This document shows positions 37,823-52,300 of a stretch of DNA of 64,000 nt, piece by piece. Within the stretch, counting starts at the first letter, position 1, and each line of letters opens with the position of its first letter. Origin of the DNA: Tubiluchus corallicola (Eukaryota > Animalia > Priapulida); assembly GCA_030141605.1 (NCBI GenBank), contig JAQGDQ010000096.1, positions 434,001-498,000 of the forward strand. The letters are read 5' to 3'. The position numbers were made by a program, and so were the translations under genes. The notes beneath the pieces are model-generated. The model had not been told where the DNA came from. It worked only from the letters and a program-made list of their open reading frames with translations, and ran no database searches.

Positions 37823-40800
37823 ATGGCTAGTGCACAAAGTGATTGGGATGAAGTTACCGTTTTGAGAAAAAGAGCACCCAAAGCGAGTACGCTAAAGTCG
37901 CAACAGGTAAGCATAATCGGCGCTTTTAACTTCTGTTTACTGTTGAGCTTTTTGTACATAACCTGTTTACATGAATTATTGTTGTTCCAAGAATTTTGAA
38001 ATGCATGTGAAAGCATATAATTATTAATAAGAATTTATTAAAACGTGAAATTGTTTGGGGACCAGGATTTTATAGGAGTTGTTTAACTCATAGAAAATGT
38101 TCTTCGAAGGGCTATCAAGCTGGTTCCATCAAGCAGTTCATTTTTACAATATAGACGCTAACGAAGTAACATGATTCAGATTAATCGAATTATCAATAGA
38201 ATTGACTCAGAGCTAGATTGGATGTAAGGAAGTACGCCTTTAGACATAGACATAGAACATTTGTTTTCTCCAATATAGTTTTACAGCAATAGTTTTAGTT
38301 AAATATTAACTGATTGTAATCATGGAGCCAGTTACAGGTGTTTTACATCAGCCTCCCTTCCAGTCTGGAAGACTCTTATCTCTAAGTGCAAGCCCAATTT
38401 AGTCTTGTAACGCTGTCTTCTTTTTTATATCTCTAAATCAGCTCTCAACAACTTCCTTGCTTTTAGAGCTTGGTTAATTCGGACATTTACTTCCTTCAAT
38501 TTATCTGTTTTATAAACATATAAATCATCAATTGCAACATTACTTACACCCCTTCTTTCATTCAGTTTTTCACACGTTAATAAATCTTCTGTAGTGTCTT
38601 CACTGTTTCCACATAATGAGCATTTGACATCCCCTTTAAACTTATTTTTATAATTCGCTTTAACTCTGACCACATTTAGTTAACTGTTTTTTCTGCACAT
38701 TCTAAAACATATTTCATTGGTTTACCCCACTGTTCTATTCTATTACTTAAAATTCGCAGCTTTGTTTCGCATCTTATTTTTAACACTTACATCTTCTAAA
38801 TACTGGCATATCGCACATTTAGTTTCCTTTTCCCATAATGATTTCTTTTTCTTATCTAATGACTCTTCACTTATATCTAAACCATATTTATATACCATTT
38901 GTTCCACACTTTCATACCAACCGCCCTTAGCAGTTGTTTGTGCAACGCTTTTTAATATTTTACAAGCATCTCTGTCAACATCAGAATTCACTAATGCTAT
39001 TAACCACATTAATTTTTTGAAATGAATCCTTTGTTCAAGGGGCTTAATTCCAAGTACTAACAATAAACCCTAATAACTAGCACTAATTCTTTGATTTACT
39101 GTTTCACATGGTATGTCTTTCTGCCACTTTTGTGTTTGTTTCCATTGAGTTTTGTTTAACCCGTGTTTCTGTATTAAACACAATGGATGATAGTATGACT
39201 GATTCGTATAACAATAGTCTTATTTTCATCAAAATACATAAACCTCACTTGAGCTACTCCAGTTCATTAATTCCCTTTTCACTCCTTTTTTCAATACCCA
39301 TTCTGTATCCACAAATGTAATGCAGGGAAGGGAGGGACCAAAGGGTCATCTAGTCTTCTACCCTTTCATACAGCTAGATAGGTTTAATAAAAATAAATGA
39401 TGATGATGCACATAACAAAATCAGTAAGGAAAAAGGAAAAAATCAAAATAGTACAAATAGTCAAGAAACTAAAACAAAAAATAATAGATTAAAGTAAATA
39501 CATAAATCGAAACAAAATAACACAATTTTAGGGATAACAAAAGGTTTAATAATTGTTCAGCAATCGAGTAGTTAACAGCTGGAGTGGTTTAAGCAGCAAA
39601 ACTATAACATCTGAGTCAATAAATGAATTCAAAAGAAATTTAAAACATGAGTGGAATCACAAAAATTCTTTGCACCGTACACACACTAAATGCCAGTAGA
39701 GAACAGGCATTACTGGTGATCCATTGATCTAAATCTAACCTTAACATTAGATATGGAGAGTGGCCACTCGTGTATAGGTGTTTTCACTCATTATTATCGA
39801 TAATATTCAACATAATATTATAACATAATATACAAGTGTTTTTTCTTTAGTTCTTTTTATACTTGTGTAGAACCGGAGCATGTGAAGGAAGTACAATTTG
39901 CTTCACAGCTCAATCAACGTGGTGTTTGGCTGTGGTGCGCATGCGGACATCTGCTAATGTCTGAGATAACACACTGTATGCTAGCGTCTGTTGCTAGCCT
40001 GCTAGGTAGAAAAGTACTGTCTCCGAACACAATAACATTTGCTACGTACTTACGGTGTACCGTCATATTCTTGGATGTGATAAAGTGTAAACTTAGCGTG
40101 TGTGCTTAAAACATAAATTATTCAATAATGGATGCCTTGCATCCACAAGAAATAAATTCTGTGACTGTAAATGAACTACAACAGCTTAATTTTGCACAGT
40201 TGTCTTTCCAAGAGAAAGTTGCAGTTAAGAATAGAGGCCGTTCAACACCTGATCTTCAAATATAACTGCAACATTATATTACATATGTTTGTTACATTTT
40301 ACACAGTATTAAAAGAATGGCTAACAATTTTCTGAAGCAGCACCCCCACTAATTTTAGCTATGAACTGCCACTGGGTATGGATAAAAAATTATTAAAGTG
40401 AGCTTATGCAAATTACAGTTGTTTTCTACATTTTTACGAATTAACTATCTATATTTTATTTTAATTAATTAACTGCTGAATTATTAATGCATGTTTTGAT
40501 ATTTCAGGCAATTAATCAAGCACAACGCCAGGGACTCCAAGTCGAAACAAGCAAGAAATGTAAGTTGTGGCAATATCTACCATTTAACTTTCAAATGCTA
40601 AATTTTAAACTGTCAATACAATACATAATAAAAATTTCATTTTTTGTCTTTGATATTCAATCTCAAGATTAAATGTTAATATTAAATATTTGGATACCTA
40701 CTGTACTTTACTGTACTTTGTATTTTGACATGATGCCCTGTTTAGAAGATGCTAACACTAAGTTGGCTATGTGCTATATAATTAATCTGTGATTGATCAG

Positions 40801-43800
40801 TAATCAGATAATTGATGAAAATCATCAGTAATAGACAGGAGAGTAACAGTTGCTTATTCTACACTGCATGTTTTGCAGATTCTGCAGCAACTAATAAACA
40901 GCATTCCACTGACAAAAACACGGCAAAATTAGACCGTGAAACGGAAGAGTTACATCATGATACAATTGGATTAGACGTGGGACGATTGATCATGCAAGGA
41001 CGCCAAACAAAGGAATTGACCCAGAAAGATTTGGCCACTGTAAGCCAATAAGTCATGTAAACCCATTTTTGCATTGATTACTTTTTACAGGGTCTAGCAA
41101 AAAATGGTTGTTTCAGTTGACCGACAGTGCCATTTTATGTGCGACTCAGTTTACTTTTTTACGTTTATCAAAGTGAAAGTTTTTATTAGCCTGCCAAGTG
41201 CCCATTGTTGACCAGCTTCATGTTTTGTACAGCTACTTCTACAATATGTAAACACTAAGTGACCAGCTTGTCCAACAACTTGTAACTTGATACTTCAGTA
41301 ATTTTCAGATACTGCTGCAGCTACTGCCATAGCTGGTACAGTATGGTTCATAATGATAGTGATTGTTAGTACAATTGCAACAGAGCTGTCTATAAAGTGC
41401 AGAACATGAGTCATTGTTTGATTGTGCGACTTGATACCATGTAATGTCAAAAAGGAAATGAACTGTTTTGCTTACTAATCAATATTTAAGTAGAATTTTT
41501 GAAGTTGTGTAAAATTAAAATTGGTAGTTAAATGCAGAAAAAGCAAGGTTCTGAAGAAATATGATTGAATTAGGATTCAATGTATGTTTTCAGGCCATAG
41601 TTAAAGTAACTGTAAAGTAAAAGTGAGTTTGTAACTCTGCACTGCCAGGTAGTATGCAATCTGGCAGACATGGTTTCTTAACTAACACTTTTCAGGCAAC
41701 AAACAGAACTTGTTGAGATCAGGGATGTAAGAAGCTGATTCAACTGTGCAATGCATGCAAAAGATTGTCCCGAGTTCATCAGTCTCGTATAGCCAAGTTT
41801 GCTTAATGCAATTTCAGATTAAATTGTAACTTAGTTCTTATAATAAAAACTGTAGTAAAAGTAAAAGAAATAAGTTAAAAAAATAAAATAATTAAGCAAT
41901 GAAGTTTTAAAATATTAAGGTCTCATTCTTTTCACTGTAGTGGCTGTGTAGCCAAGGTGCAGTAATGTTCATTATATACTGCAATTGTGAATGATTTGGT
42001 GATGGTGAGTGGTGGTGATGGTAGTGCTACAGTTTCATGTTTATATTTATATCTTATTAATTAGTTAGAAATTGGTTACTATTTTTAATAAAAATTATGC
42101 TTTTACATAAGTTATTTATGAAAAAAGCGGTGAATGAACTCACCAAAATAAGGTTTGATAATCTGGTTGGAGAATTCGATAAATTCACACCAGCATAGTC
42201 ATATGAAGCGAAATAAAAAATTAAATAAAACCGCTAGCTACTCAAAATGTAAAATGAGAACAAATTGGAAAGAAACATGTTTTGGCATGGAGAAAAAGTC
42301 AGTCTTAGATTTTTTGTGCATCCAAAGCCAGCTTTTATTGTTATGACCGATTCCACCTATTGTACGATGTGTGACAAACATTTTTGCAAATGATTACATT
42401 TGTGCCACTTCTCATGAGTGTAAAAGTTAACGGTCTAAAGTTAAATTGAAATTTGGCTAGATTAGAAAAAACAGAAAATACGTCAATTGTTTTCTTTTTA
42501 ACACAATCCTGGCAAACATGCTTGTTAGATAGGAATTTTCCTAGACTGTGTAGGCAGTATCTTTATGTGTTATGCAAAGCTTGTTGTCATAAACAGCAAT
42601 TTTACATAATTCTATCAGTATTTGCTCAGTATTAACTTTGTTTTGCTGGTGTAATTATCATTTTCTAAAATACACGAATTTTAATACACCCACAGTAAAT
42701 AAGTTATTTACTACCATGTAGTAAATTAATGAGTCATTTGAGAAACTAGTAGCATCATTGGCAGTAACACACTACTTTATTGAACTGCTTGACACATTTT
42801 TTTAATTCGTGCTTATATCCTTTATTATGATTAGCACTCACCTAAATAAATTGCAAATGACTTTATATCGCTCAGCTATGTAATACAAGCATAAAAATAA
42901 TAATGCACATTTATACACTGTCTACTCACATGAACATATGACTGGTCTTTTTTGTGTCCTTGGTAGATTATATCTATACTCTATATACATGTACTGTGTG
43001 GATAGTTGCAGCATATTTTAAGAGAAATTTTTCAGCAAAAAAGAAATGGAGTGAGTGATTGAAATACTGAATGACAAAAGGATTGTCTTTGTAGTTTGTA
43101 CATCATGATCTTATATTAAATTCGTTGTTAAGTGATGAAAAATAAGTGTGAACAATGAACACTGACAAATAATATGTTTTGGCTCTTGTGAACAGACACC
43201 TCCTCCAGTGTTTCACAGTTTTTTGAGTTCTAAATGCTATTTTTATTTTTGTTCTTGAATCTTTCTCTTTAAATTGTAAGATGTAATTGCATTTGAACCT
43301 TCCCACTCAAGACTGCTTGTTTGTTTTTCAGAAAATAAACGAAAAACAGTCTGTTGTCAATGAGTACGAGCAAGGCAAGGGTATACCCAATCAACAAATA
43401 CTTGCCAAAATGGAAAGGGTCTTAGGTGAGTTGACTTCTGTTTTTCTGTATTAAAGCTTCAGATGTAGGAGACATACAACCTTGTCTATAGGTGTGATCA
43501 GAATAATCACGTTTACATCTGACTTGGGTCAGATCAATTATAAAATTATTGCTGGCATTTAAAAGCTGGAAAAACAATAGTCCATCTTGTCATATCGGCT
43601 GGCATAACTCAGTGGCTCGCTTCTCACCCAGGAGGTCGTGTGTTCAACTTCCGGCCAGGTCATACCATAGACTTAAAAAATGGTATCTCTGGTTTTTCCA
43701 CCAAGCACGCGAGTTTATCAAAGTAATATGTCTGCAACAATATTAATGTAATAATAATAATAATGTCGGGACCACTTTGGAGATAAGTACCGAGTTACCT

Positions 43801-44080
43801 AAGGTGTTATCCCTAGAGTATCACCACTACTGAAATTCTTTTCAATATGTATTTTTAACCCTTTTTGAAAACGTAAAGAACTATATTACTTCCTTACAAA
43901 TAGTGGAGTTATAAAGAAATATTATAGTATTAACAGTTCTTGGTATAAAATGTAATTATTTCTTGTTGTAATCCTTTTTCAGGCATAAAACTTCGAGGAA
44001 AAGATAAAGGCAAACCACTTGGAGGTGGCAAAAAAGGCAGCGAATCAAAACCTGCGGCGGGAGGTGGCCGGAAAAAATGA
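37823..44080 (+). CDS. EDF1: Endothelial differentiation-related factor 1 / MBF1, 5 exons, 162 aa
   Basis: Exons 37823-37906, 40508-40559, 40879-41039, 43332-43425, 43983-44080; [65 protein letters not shown]. Confidence 0.96.
38340..39300 (-). mobile_element. Decayed non-LTR retrotransposon 3' fragment in EDF1 intron 1
   Basis: [44 protein letters not shown] (CCHC-like C-terminal finger). Confidence 0.7.
43597..43712 (+). mobile_element. tRNA-derived SINE remnant with a Meta-domain-like core
   Basis: tRNA-like head (ggtcgtgtgttcaacttccggcc) followed by ggtcataccatagacttaaaaaatggta, resembling from memory the conserved central domain of MetaSINE/RUDI-type SINEs. Confidence 0.5.
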
Positions 44081-44156
44081 GACGACCTTACCCCTTTTTT
44101 TCACAGAGCTTCCAGATACCACCTACCAAACGATCGGTGCTGCACGTCGTCGTTCA

Positions 44157-44256
44157 GGGGCCCTTGATTCTACCCCAGGGTAAAATTTACATTATTTAAA
44201 ATGAATTATTTGGGATAAAATTGATTTATGTAGACGTGGTGTGAATCAAGGGCCCC
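44157..44256. repeat. 100-bp hairpin/mini-MITE in the EDF1 3' UTR
   Basis: Perfect 14-bp inverted repeat GGGGCCCTTGATTC...GAATCAAGGGCCCC, extendable with mismatches. Confidence 0.75.
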
Positions 44257-46399
44257 AACAACTTAACTAGAAGCCTGTGTTGGATTTGGGGTTTTAATTC
44301 ACAAGCTTAAAATGAACTCGTGTGTGTAGTCATTGCTTCCATAAATTTTAAGTTTCATTACCTATTTTCTTCTATAATAAACTGGAGGTGTGTAGTAAAC
44401 TCCCAATTTCACGTAATTAGAAGTAGCAATGAAGTTTTAATGCATTGGGTTAAATTTGCTCTTGGTACCAAAATTAGCTTATCATTGCCAATTGTGTGAG
44501 CATTTCTATTAAACACATTGTTACCATGATTTGTACATCTTGACCCAATAGACGACAACTTGTGCTTATTTTAAAGTTGATGCTTTGTTGTTTTACTTGT
44601 TCTACAGTTTACTGTTGATGAACGAAACAATTGCCTGGACAAGGAAACTTGATAAATAAACTTGCTGTTGTGTAGTAGGTTTTGGTAATTAACACGTTTT
44701 TTGTACCTCCGTGATAATAAAATTGATTTTTTTTAGTTACAGCATCTCAGTTTTCTAAGTTTGGTATTTTGCACTTAAAACATGTCTCTTATTTTAATTC
44801 ACTTCTCCCTCTGACATGTAAAATTTGAAGTGTAAGTTGGTAACATTTAAGTTTGTGGAAGTTTCAAAATACATTTACTCGACATTGCTTGTACTGACCT
44901 GTTTCAGTCAACTGCAGCAAGTAATTGTTCTTTAACATGGCAAGTTTTATTTAGTTTTGCAGATCTTCGTCTTGCTGTATTATACGAGTATCAATTATTC
45001 TTTAACGATACAAAAATATCTGCAAAACTAGCAAGAAACAAGCTTTTACAAACGAACAAACAAAACAAATGTGTCAAGGGGAAAAAATTAGTTATTGTAC
45101 TATATTGTACATGTACAAATACCTCAAGCTTAAAAACAGGCAATAGAGTAATTACAGTGTGCAATAACAATGTAATTTTCTCAACTAACTTGTCATAAAA
45201 CCGTGAGCATGAGTAGTCATTAAAATTAAATAGAAAAGTAAAGACTTGCTTGAAACATTGTACTTTTGTGAAAGCAAATTTAATGTTCATTTTTTCAAAA
45301 GAAAATTTATCTACTGAGAAGTAGATGTAGAATGCTTGGTGATTCAAACGACTACACAAATGTAATAAGTGAAATGGCTTTCCTAATACATCAAAAGCAA
45401 AGGTAGAGTAGTTTAAATTAGAACATGACAAGCAGTTAACTGAATTGCTTGAAAGTGCATTCTGTAAAGGCAGTTGTAATTTCTCATGACATTTGACAGG
45501 TATCTCTGTTTTTGGTACCAGCAAATTTATTGCAGTCTGTAGCAAATGTTACTACCAGAAAAATAACATATGAAAAACTGCACTAAAAATCCTAGATTGT
45601 GTGTAAATATTGACTTTTTGGAATTAAAAACATACTTTATTATGAAGTGATCAACAACTAACGATAGTGATTTTGCTTTTGAACTGTCGCGTATTACTAG
45701 AGTAGACAGCCTTTTTATAGAAATTTAGATTTTCCAAAAATGCAAATGAACTATACGTTTCCACACAATTTATAAATTAAGCATCTGCCATATGCATTAT
45801 TCTTACTTGCACCAAAATGAATAATTTTCGTGGAGTTCGGTGCAGGTGTTTTTTATTTTATGAATAAAATCAGTTATGCATCTTCAACATTACATTTTTT
45901 TAGTTTGCGTTTGCATTTCAACAATTCTGTCATCTTAGTCACTTTCCTCTTTTTCACTATGGACAACACTGATTGCAACTTTGTTAATACGTTTAAAATA
46001 TAAACAAAGATAGCATTTCTTCTTTAATGGTTTTATTACACGACACCAGCTTTCAATTTTTTTCATAAACAATGTTTAAAGATGTGCCAGCTGCTGTGGC
46101 TTCAAGTAATTCACTAAGTAAATCTCCTTCACTTTACGAAATTTAATTTGAATGTTAAGCTTAAAATTTTCAAATAAATTATTTCAAAAGATTAAAAATA
46201 TAATGCTTTAAGTAAGCCAGAAAGGGAAAATTTAATGCATCAAGTGCTACACCAATTTCTGTACTGTGTAGAACATCAATTTAATAACTTTGCATAAACC
46301 AATGTCAATATTCACAGCAAGTTTGATCATGTGATGTCCATCACAAACAACAGTTTTACTGTATACAACTAAATATAAACAATTAAATTGTATCTGTAA

Positions 46400-49300
46400 C
46401 TAGTCTCGTCTAAGCGGAAATTGGATTTCTTGAATCCCATCTTTCTTGATGACGTGGATGGTAATTGAGTCGCCAGTGTAAATATCACGTTCTGCTGCCG
46501 AGATGAACACATCCTTTGTGAGTTGAACAGCCCGTTCCAAGTTGATGGGAAGGCGAGGAATGCCCTCCATGTTCATTAGCCCAACCTGGTAAACAAAACA
46601 ATGAGAAAAACCTGAAATGTTGAATATTTAATTCCCAACAACGTCTTCAAAATAATTTTTGTCTGCAAAACTGTTTATAACTAAAAATAAAGGAAAATTG
46701 TCCCATAACCAGGCCAAAGCTGCATTTGTTTTTTGTTTTTTAGGCTTAGCCAGTTCTTACAAAAATTGATGTTAGACTGTCCAACAATAGATAAGCACAA
46801 TAATTATTTTGATAATTCCCCACACACAAGAAATTAGTTTGTGAAACAGATTAGGGTTAGACTTAGGATTAAGGTTAGAGTTGAGTTAGGACTAGGAACA
46901 GGGATAGGGTATTTAAATCGTATTGGATTTTTAAACTCCTTCCTTATTTTTTTAACTTGATTTGACACAGTTACAATCATGAAGTGAAAATTTCCACAGA
47001 AGTGTCGGGCAGTAAAAAAGCTACGATGTAACACTGATAAGTACGACCAAGATTTACCTGATTATCTAATAATGGCTGCAACATGGCGCTTGCTGATCCA
47101 CCGGCTCGATAAGCTTCTCTCTCATATGATCCTACCGGGTCAAAACTGTAAACACTACCTTTACCTAAATCAGTACATAATAATTGTATAATGAGTAGCA
47201 CACTTGCAGTTTATTACATCATATGTGTAAATAAAGATACTACAATGTAACTCGTAATATGGCAGGAATGTTCAATAACCCAATATGCAGTGTAACTAGC
47301 AAAGTAACAGTAAGATGGTGACAAATAACACAGATGGTATTGTGCAGTTTGTTTCCTTTGTTTGCCTTCATTTCAATAGCAAAATCTCAATGCTTTCATG
47401 GCAGTTTGTTACATAATGCATTGAAGTGCTTCTTCTGATACTAGGTGTTTAAGTGCAAAGTGCCTATTTTGTACAATTTTTCATCATTTCACTTTAAATT
47501 CGTGTGCGCAGTCATTAGAAACATCAGTGTTCTGGAACATCTTCTGTTCTGCATAACTTGCTGAAAACTTACCTTCTGAATCTAATCCTGCTACAATATT
47601 GTATGTATAATACGGGAAGAATCTCCTGTAGTACAGCATGGTAGATAACATGGCGGCTATTGCTGATGTCGACATCTCTTTCTGATGGTCATGTTTGTAC
47701 ATCTGTTTGCAGAAAAGGATGTTAAATTTCAGAAATCTTGAAAACGATAAAGAATATGATAAAAACAACAATAAAAGTTATCTCACAAACATTGTAATAA
47801 TGTTAGTTAGTCAATGCAACAACATTATGTAGCATAAGCCCTCAAAAGTGTAGGAAGAGCAGGTTCTTTCACTTCTTTTACAATTATAGCATAAGCCCTC
47901 ACTTTTGATACACTGCCCATACTTCAGAATTTCTTCATTAAAACAGACTCAACAACATTCGTTTCCGTAATATTATCAGAAAAGTACAACATAATGTATG
48001 CTTTGTGTTCTAAGAAAGCAAGAATTTTTAAAAGGCTTTAAAATGCTGTAGTGAGACACTCGCAATGAAATAGAAATCCTCTGCAAACTTTTATATTATA
48101 GCTGAAATACTGTGACTGATTTCACAAAGCTGTGTGATATCATGGTTGGGTTGTGCTCTGCCAATATTTTACAGTGCAACTATCTAAGTACCTATAGCTG
48201 AGATGTGCAACAATGGAAAACTAACAAAATTAAGGTCAACTGGTAATTATTCTTGAATACAGATCATTTATAAAAACAGTATTTGCCATTTAAATACTTT
48301 AGACTGTAAATGTAAAATTTACCATGCTGTTTTTCTTTAATCATATTTAATTACTACCTCTGTAAGTCTTTCTAAAACTATAGCTCCAATTCATGTTTGC
48401 AGAGCAAAAAATCATTTAAGGAGGTATAAGTCAACAAGAAAGAAATACCTTTAACCTTGCGTCAATCTGTTTAGTAACAGTCAGAACATCGCCATGAAAA
48501 CCGCAACATCCCAAAACTGTTCCACTGGTTCTGCGCGGAAATAAAAATCAAGTAATTATAATAACTATAACTAAAGAGAAATTGTCTCAAATTGCATTTA
48601 TCCAATTGACAATATGATAATCAATATTCTGTTGACAAATTTGTCAAGTTTTTTACTAGTACACTACAGTGCTATGAGTGTAGCACAAGAAATTAACTTA
48701 TTATCTACATATATTCAACATGGATAGGCCTATAAAAGACATATAAAAGAGTTAGTCACAAATAACGAATATTAATAAATGAACTAAAGATAAAAATTGA
48801 ATATGATGTTGATGATAATTACAATGTTGATGATGACGACAATGATAGTGCTATTTATCTTGGTGGTAATAGTGGTGATGATGATGATGCCTGATGACGC
48901 TAGTGAAGATGATTATCTATTTTCAAAGTATATTGGACTCCAAACCAAACTGCTTAATGAAAATTGAAAGTGTAAGGAACCACCAGTAGATTATTTATTT
49001 CATTACCAGTAAATCACCAAGTCTTTTAACAAGTTAGAATAGTAAAGGCAATTATTAATACAGTTACAGGGTCCATAATGTCATGTTCATAATGACCATG
49101 CTTTCAAAATGAGATAGTCTACATAGTACATTGGAGTGTGATACTAATCCCTCTTTCTTTAATTTTATTCAAAAACAACACAACCATTGTTTTTTTCACA
49201 TTTTTTGGATGTAGTTATTAAGGCAGGTCTGAAGGCAAAGTATGAATGCAGTTTAGACATAGCTGATTGCTATTTCATATTTAAATATTGACGAAAAGGT

Positions 49301-52300
49301 TTGTACAGGCAGAAATAAGCTGTTTTGGTTCTTGCATGACGTCACTTGTATCTCTAGCACTTTTAACAATACATGGGCGTATGCGGTAAAACACAAATAA
49401 ACTGCTACTGTATCAGAAGTTTCAGCTGAATAACAACGTTACAGGTCAAGTACGAACAGAAATAATCTAGCAATATGTCAAGCAAGGAAGGACTCATTTT
49501 TTAAAGGACTCATTTTTTAATAAATTTTAGCTTATTTTACGTAACTTTTATGTATTGAAACTGCTGACATCATTTGAAACTGTGGAAAATAAAAACACTT
49601 TACTTGCCCAACTTTCAACAAGCACTGAATGCCATGATGTCTGAATATTTCAAAATGTAAAACTCTGAGCCATCTGTATTCTTTTGTTTCATAGACATTC
49701 TTTTGTGGAACTTTTTTGTTGCTTTTATGTCTGATGGCCAGTGTTTTCCTGGAAGAACATCATGGCCCACATGGACATTGTGATTAATCACAGCTAGCCT
49801 AATTCTCATCAGCATGTTTTCTGTGGGCGCATAACTTAGTAAAACGTTATGAAATAAAGTGCATATATATGAATAAAAAATGCAATTTTCTAATTGTTTT
49901 AATAAACACAGTATCTGTCAGTGTCTGTGAAAGATTTTCATAATACAATCGCATTCGCATAAAACCGAATTTTCTCTTTTTGCTCTTCTGATGTCAGCTC
50001 TTTATGATCTCAATGTCACTCAGTCAAAGTTTCATCGTACCAGCCACGTTTATTAATACAGTGCTGGAGAACAGATTGGAAGAGTTTCACTAAATCATCG
50101 GCATCACCGTTGCAGGTCGAAGAAGCCCATCACAAGTGATTACAAACACTTTTTGACCATAGCTGATGCACACGCTTATCTCTTTTCTGAGAAATTCTAT
50201 GCAATTTCTTCACATGCCGTACATCAAAGACTTGTTCTATCTTATTGTATTTCTCAGACTTCATTAGCTTTGTTATATTTGAATGCTGGTCTCTAGCAAA
50301 TATAGCGGCATTTCCTAATTCTTTATTGCAGTTTATGGGCATCTAAATAATACAAACAGTGTAACACATGAGCGTTTAGCTGCACTCTGTAGTATACAGC
50401 TATGCTTAGCGCAATCTGTACAGTACATGTTTTCTTACATCTTCCATAATTTGTATAAAAATTATTGCTAAAATTTAAGTTACTATCACGTTTGATATAT
50501 ATAATTCTTTAGTAATAAATTTTTACCTTCTATCACCAAGCAACACTAGAGGTTTGTTTTCAAGGATGGTGTTCATCACAGTATCTTGAATAGCTGCTTC
50601 GTATAGTTTCTGGTATTACTGGCTTACTGCACTGATTACAATAATTAAATAACTCTAACAAAATTTGAAATATATGTATATGAGGTCTCAATCATTCATC
50701 ATGCCATCTGAAAGCAATTCTTCTTCCTCGGGATCTCAAGTGATGATTCAGCACATTTAGTGACAGCACTTTGCAATATAAGATGTCTCGACAGAATCAT
50801 CATACTCAAAATACTCAGTGTCCGACTCCTGATTAGTCAGCCATACAAAAGTGAAACATGAAGATGGATTCGTGAAATGGTGCTCATTATCTGCTGAAAC
50901 AGCAGCAGAAGCAGCTGAGTAAGCTGATGTCTGTCGTATTTTAGTGAAAATTTTCACAGCTTGTTGCTTTAGTGAAAATGTTTGTGATTCCAGAGATCCA
51001 GCACTGAGTTTCAATTTCCTTTTTTTTCAAACCATACACTGTCCTTCAATTCAGACAATACACTTTCCTCTGGTTCAAAATCATCATCCGTAAAGTGCAA
51101 GGACTAAAACTCTGTCATTGTGTCTTGGGGTCCAGTTCAATTCCCCTTAATCACACTTATGTATCCACTGCTGTCTTATATTTTTATCCCTCGGAAAACG
51201 GAAAAACGACAAGTCTTTATAGTGCACATTATTAGACCGACACAATGAACCTAACATTGAGGCATTTTGTCACTTGACAAGTAGAAAACAGTGCATACAG
51301 TGAATTTTAAGCACTGATGAAACAGCCCAGCCCGAGATACCCAGCACCAGTGATGTCATGCTAAAGCATTCGCAAGTTGTATCTCCTTACTAAATTTATT
51401 TTTCAACTTTTGCATATGGTGGATTGAAGTAAGTAGAGGGCAAAACTATGATTTGAGCTTAACATAAAAAATGCCTTCAGTGTTGCTTTAATTTACTTTC
51501 CAATAATGAATAAAAAACATATTTACAGTGTGTAAGTCTTCTGCACTTCTCTTGAATGAATGGAGAAACCTTCGCTCAATCGAGTATCCGATGCAATTAT
51601 AGCATAATCGTCACCAGCAATTGCCATTATTGTGCTAAAAACATAAAAACGTTTATATAGTTACTTTTTTCATAATGAATAAATAAACACATGTTATTAA
51701 GCACGAACAGCTGTTGTCTGGCAATCAACGAGTCTCTGCATGCACTGCCTCCCTCCTTTCTAACTTCAAGTATAGAGTACATTGGCAAGTTCTACTTCAA
51801 AAACACCAATAAAAAATCAGAATTACAAGAATGCTTAACATTAAATAACAAATCATTAGCAGTATTAAAAACAAAGAGCAAGGTAGCTTACAAAAAATAT
51901 AAAAAATCATTGCTTGATGTACATGTAGCACAGTAGTAAAACTTTTACAGCATTATGATGACAAGAAAATTAATGTAAAATCAACTATTGGTGAATCATC
52001 TATGTAAGGGTTAACTCACTAGGTAAGCCGTATTAATTAAAAGAGAAATGTAGTAGGATATCTAGTGCAAATCGAAAGTTATAGGACTATTGCAAAAAAA
52101 ACAGGGCGCTATTACACTTTCGCACCGCCTAGTTTTTTCTGGCCTATTGGTTGTTTTCACGCCTGCAAACCAGAAAGCAGACCAACAGGCATAATATACC
52201 CCATATTCCCATAATATTATTGGTTTTTAGACCTTACAATTCCAGATTAAAATCATACATTACTTACGGTCACCATCACGCAAGAAGCTCCACGTGAATA

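Noticed and set aside
44991-45545. 184-aa minus-strand ORF
   Set aside because: AT-rich, F/L-biased, no ATG start or recognisable motif; lies between convergent 3' ends.
46848-46910. Telomere-like TTAGGG tract
   Set aside because: Short, highly degenerate and intronic; more likely part of a repeat element than an interstitial telomere.
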